Virus record (IMG/VR): IMGVR_UViG_3300037067_007515
Coordinates: 5,202-69,201 of that record
Strand: one strand, 5' to 3'
Source of the DNA: a virus
Lineage: Duplodnaviria > Caudoviricetes
DNA length: 64,000 nucleotides
Under the pieces are notes generated by a model that did not search any database, had not been told where the DNA came from, and was given only the letters and a program-made list of their open reading frames with translations. Each line of letters opens with the position of its first letter. Within the stretch, counting starts at the first letter, position 1. Below are positions 60,948 to 64,000 of this stretch, piece after piece. A program made the translations under genes and the position numbers.

Positions 60948-63172
60948 TTGCCCACCTGCGCCGCCTGGGCGGTCAGCTTCTCGTCCAGGATACGGGCGGT
61001 AACCGGATCCGCTCGCCTGTCGTCACTACCGCGCCTCCAGCCGGTGCTATCCTTGTTCCAGTCTTCGAGGCGGAGCTCCGGGGCCGCGGCAGGGGCAGGC
61101 TGCGCGCCCCCCTGCACGGCGGCGCGTTGCTTGACGAGTTCTCGGAACAAATCCCGCAGCTGCGCGTCGTTCCTCTGGTCGCCGGCGGCTTTGAGATCCA
61201 TGATGTAGCGATCTGCCTCGGCCCCGACGATAGAGTCAATGTCGGCGTCTCGCAGTGCCCTTCTCGTGATCCTCATGCGTCTGGCAATTGCCTCGTCCAC
61301 CCATGCCTTGGAGGATTCCGTGAGCGTGCTCGAGGCTGACGCCGCCACGGCGTCAGCCGTTGCAGCTTGCGCGGGTGACGGCGCCGGTGCTGGTTGTGTA
61401 ACCGCTTCCCAGGCCCTGGTCCCGTCGTGCCACGTTGCGAGCTTCTGGAGAACCGCCTCCTTGCCCTCGATGATGAAGCGGTAGAGATCCCCGGCCTCGT
61501 TGTAGAGAAGGGGGATACCCTCGGAGCCGCGGCCCACGCCGTAGTAGCCATTGATGTCCGGCTCGGCCCGGACGAGACCTTCCGTCGGATAGCGTCCCTG
61601 GCCTACCCCGAGCCACTTCTGCGCGAGCTGCTGCAGATACGTCAGATTCTCGGGTTCCGTGGACCGCCAAGTGAATCCCCGCTCCTGTACGTCAAGGAGC
61701 GCCTGTTCTGCGGTGGTGAGGACCTTGGCATCGCCGAAGATCGCCTGAATGTTGACCTTGTTAAACATCCGTTCGAGGTCCTGTCGGGCGATCGGCGTCG
61801 CCAGGGCCTCCGCGGCCCTCCGCATCTCGTCCTCGCTCGCATCCGGATGCGAGCGGTACAGATCCGTCCATCGGGCAACGAGGTCTTCCGTCGCAGTCTG
61901 GGATAGCTTCTTTTCCTTGGCGTAGGCGACGATCCAGGAGGAGGCCTCCTTGTAGGCCACGCTGGAACTCGGGTCGACGAAGTCTTTGTAGAGCTTCTGC
62001 AGGTCTGATCCGGTGATTCGATAGTCGATGACGTTTCCCTGCGGATCCTTCACGACGTTGTACTCGTCGATCATCTTCCGTAGTTTCTGCGGTTGGACCC
62101 CATCGGCCTGGGCCTGTACGAGCTGTGTAAGAAGGAGGCTCGCGTTCGCCTTCTGCCAATCGTCGTGGATCCCCTTGTCCACCGGGAGGGGTTTGGTCAG
62201 GAAGGTCACCCGATCGTTCCATCGGTCTTGCCAGTACGTCTGGTGTCCGGCGATCCGGAACTGCGCTTCGGGGAGCTTCTTGATGGCGCCGCGGAGAGCG
62301 TCGATGTTGTCGTAATTGGCGAGATCAAAGTCCTCGAGAGTGCGGTTCTGCTCGGCGTCGTACTCCTCGTTGATCCGCTTCTGTTCCTGCTGCTCGTACT
62401 CTACTCGTTGGCGGACGACATTCCGGGCCGCTTCGCGCTTCGTCGGATCCAGGTCCCAGAAAGTTGTATTAGAGTCCAGCCAGGCGTCCGCGGCCTGCAT
62501 GTTCCACCCCGCGGCCTTCGCCTGCTCTAACGCGGTCCCCACTGCCCATGCGGATTCGATCTCCCGCTTCACCTTCTCCGAGTAGGCTGCGGCATCGTCG
62601 GCCCGGCGGAGACCTTGGTTGACGTCTGACTGGAGGAGGGCGTCGACTTGCTGCATCCTCTGCTCCGGAGTGAAGTCCGTCTTCTCGGACCAGTAGGTGA
62701 TGTTCTGGTCGCTGTCGGCGATGAGCCGGTGCGTCGTCTCCGTGCTCCAGAGCTCCCAGACCTGGTCATAGTGCTGAACCGAGCGCTGCTCGAGGGCGGA
62801 AAGGAGCTGCTCCTGGGCTGCCTTGTTGCGGAAGTTCTGGCGGATGAAATCCCGCTGGGTACTGATGAGCGCGGCGTGGTCTGCGGTGAGCGACTGCTCG
62901 TCGATCTGGCCCAGGGTGAGCTGCGCTGAGGCTCCGGATTCTCCGGAGACTGACTTTGCTGAGCTCTCCGTATCTGCGGGCTTCGCCCAGCGCTTGTCTT
63001 TCAGGGAGCGGTTGTAGGTAGAGAAGGCGCGGTCCATTGCCGAGAGGCCGGAGGAGTACTGAGAGACGCGGTCGGCTTCGTTGAGGCGCGAGGAGAACGC
63101 GGTCAGGGACTGACTGAGGCTGTCGAGGCTCTCGGCCCACATTCCGGCTACGTTGACGTCGTAGTTACCCAC
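60944..63172 (-). CDS. Internal virion protein, 742 aa
   Basis: N-terminal ~235 aa nearly identical to 13963-16677; remainder unrelated. Confidence 0.7.
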   Translation of the reverse strand: MGNYDVNVAGMWAESLDSLSQSLTAFSSRLNEADRVSQYSSGLSAMDRAFSTYNRSLKDKRWAKPADTESSAKSVSGESGASAQLTLGQIDEQSLTADHAALISTQRDFIRQNFRNKAAQEQLLSALEQRSVQHYDQVWELWSTETTHRLIADSDQNITYWSEKTDFTPEQRMQQVDALLQSDVNQGLRRADDAAAYSEKVKREIESAWAVGTALEQAKAAGWNMQAADAWLDSNTTFWDLDPTKREAARNVVRQRVEYEQQEQKRINEEYDAEQNRTLEDFDLANYDNIDALRGAIKKLPEAQFRIAGHQTYWQDRWNDRVTFLTKPLPVDKGIHDDWQKANASLLLTQLVQAQADGVQPQKLRKMIDEYNVVKDPQGNVIDYRITGSDLQKLYKDFVDPSSSVAYKEASSWIVAYAKEKKLSQTATEDLVARWTDLYRSHPDASEDEMRRAAEALATPIARQDLERMFNKVNIQAIFGDAKVLTTAEQALLDVQERGFTWRSTEPENLTYLQQLAQKWLGVGQGRYPTEGLVRAEPDINGYYGVGRGSEGIPLLYNEAGDLYRFIIEGKEAVLQKLATWHDGTRAWEAVTQPAPAPSPAQAATADAVAASASSTLTESSKAWVDEAIARRMRITRRALRDADIDSIVGAEADRYIMDLKAAGDQRNDAQLRDLFRELVKQRAAVQGGAQPAPAAAPELRLEDWNKDSTGWRRGSDDRRADPVTARILDEKLTAQAAQVGK

Positions 63173-63180
63173 GCTTCCCC

Positions 63181-64000
63181 CTACACCACGGCCTTAGCCG
63201 CCGGGAGTGTGTCGATGAATCCGCTTGCAGCGGACAGGATACTGGAAACCGCTCCGACACCTGCGGCGGCCACGATAGAGCTCCGGTTCGTGACCAGGTT
63301 GGTCTTGTGCCGCTGGGCGTCGGCCAGATTGCGGCGATACTCCTGCGTGAGGATGTCGGCCTGGTCCTGGATGTCCTCCTTCGCCTGTTCGGTCTGGAGG
63401 ATGGCGGTGTTCAAGTCGCGATCAAGCTGCTCGGCCGCAATGCGCGCCTCGTTCTTGATCCGGGCCGCCTCCTGTTTGTACTGGGTATCCTCGGCCTTCT
63501 CCTGGTAGGCGAGCTCTGCCGTCTCCTGCTTCGCCTGCCGCTCGACGTCGGCGGTGCTCGCTTCCAGGTTCTCATAGGTCTGCTTGAACGCGAGCTCCGA
63601 ATCCTCTCGCGTACGCTCGAGCTCCTTGTCCGCGAGAGCGTTGGCCGCCATGACGTCCTCGATGCTCTGCTCGGCTTCGGTCCTGGCCGAGCCAACCTCT
63701 TGCGCGTAGCCCATGGCGGTGGCCTGGACGTTGTAGCGGGCCTCCCGCTCGGCCTCGCGCTGCTCTTCCCGCGCGGCCTTCTCGACCTGGCGAAGGGCGA
63801 GAAGCGGGGATCCAGTTGCGCGGACGGCCGTCGCCGCGAGCCCCGCCCTGGCCTCCCCGGCTTTGAGTGCGGCCTCTTCCTTTGATCCTCCTACCTCGTA
63901 CTCGGCCTGTTGGCCGGCGCGGTTGAGGGTGAGGATCGCCTCGTCCTTGGTCTGGGCCAGGAACTGATCGCGCTTGGCCGTGATCTGGGAGACCTTACGG
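63181..64000 (-). CDS. Internal virion coiled-coil protein (5' partial)
   Basis: Homologue of 16686-17969; frame stays open to the window end. Confidence 0.75.
   Translation of the reverse strand, partial: RKVSQITAKRDQFLAQTKDEAILTLNRAGQQAEYEVGGSKEEAALKAGEARAGLAATAVRATGSPLLALRQVEKAAREEQREAEREARYNVQATAMGYAQEVGSARTEAEQSIEDVMAANALADKELERTREDSELAFKQTYENLEASTADVERQAKQETAELAYQEKAEDTQYKQEAARIKNEARIAAEQLDRDLNTAILQTEQAKEDIQDQADILTQEYRRNLADAQRHKTNLVTNRSSIVAAAGVGAVSSILSAASGFIDTLPAAKAVV

Larger units (their letters stand above)
47861..64000 (-). mobile_element. Late region (ejected proteins, tail fibre, lysis, moron) of a second related phage genome, truncated by the window end
   Basis: Same gene order as 2441-17500 with mosaic similarity, from near-identity to non-homologous replacement. 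Confidence 0.85.

Noticed and set aside
65-63885. Numerous long plus-strand and alternative-frame ORFs in the supplied track (e.g. 65-1087, 5852-7237, 17933-19165, 22892-24244, 51318-53258)
   Set aside because: These are shadow ORFs opposite or overlapping well-supported minus-strand genes, expected in high-GC DNA; they are Arg/Gly/Pro-rich with no motifs or SD

Overview
The whole window is high-GC tailed-phage DNA. It shows podovirus-like morphogenesis: a BPP-1-type major capsid and cement protein, a T7/BPP-1-type portal, a tail adaptor and nozzle, giant internal virion proteins and no tape measure. No host housekeeping genes are present. Almost all real genes lie on the minus strand. The window is organised as head-to-tail units of related but diverged genomes with a period of about 45.5-46.5 kb. 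One apparently complete unit runs from about 2364 to 47860: early promoter and RHH regulators, Sak4/exonuclease, ParB, replication initiator, many small ORFs, terminase, portal, head, tail, ejected proteins, tail fibre, lysis and a lipoprotein moron. It is flanked by the early end of a related genome (1-2363) and the late end of a related genome (47861-64000). Comparing the copies exposes non-orthologous swaps at identical positions: ERF vs Sak4 on a shared C-terminus, M23 vs C39-like endolysin, two unrelated lipoproteins in one promoter/terminator slot, and different effector cassettes bounded by LF motifs inside 2319-aa and 2669-aa polyvalent proteins. Other highlights are a ~52-aa CBM5/12-like module inserted four times into three genes (two of them tail-machine genes), an initiator-like tRNA-Met lacking the 3 G-C anticodon pairs inside a lysis cassette, a tRNA-Tyr, an 88-nt hairpin leader in front of the head operon, and iteron-like repeats inside the replication gene. 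No integrase, cI-type repressor, reverse transcriptase or CRISPR array was found. Family assignments come from recognised motifs and synteny, not database searches. The tandem arrangement could be real or an assembly chimera.
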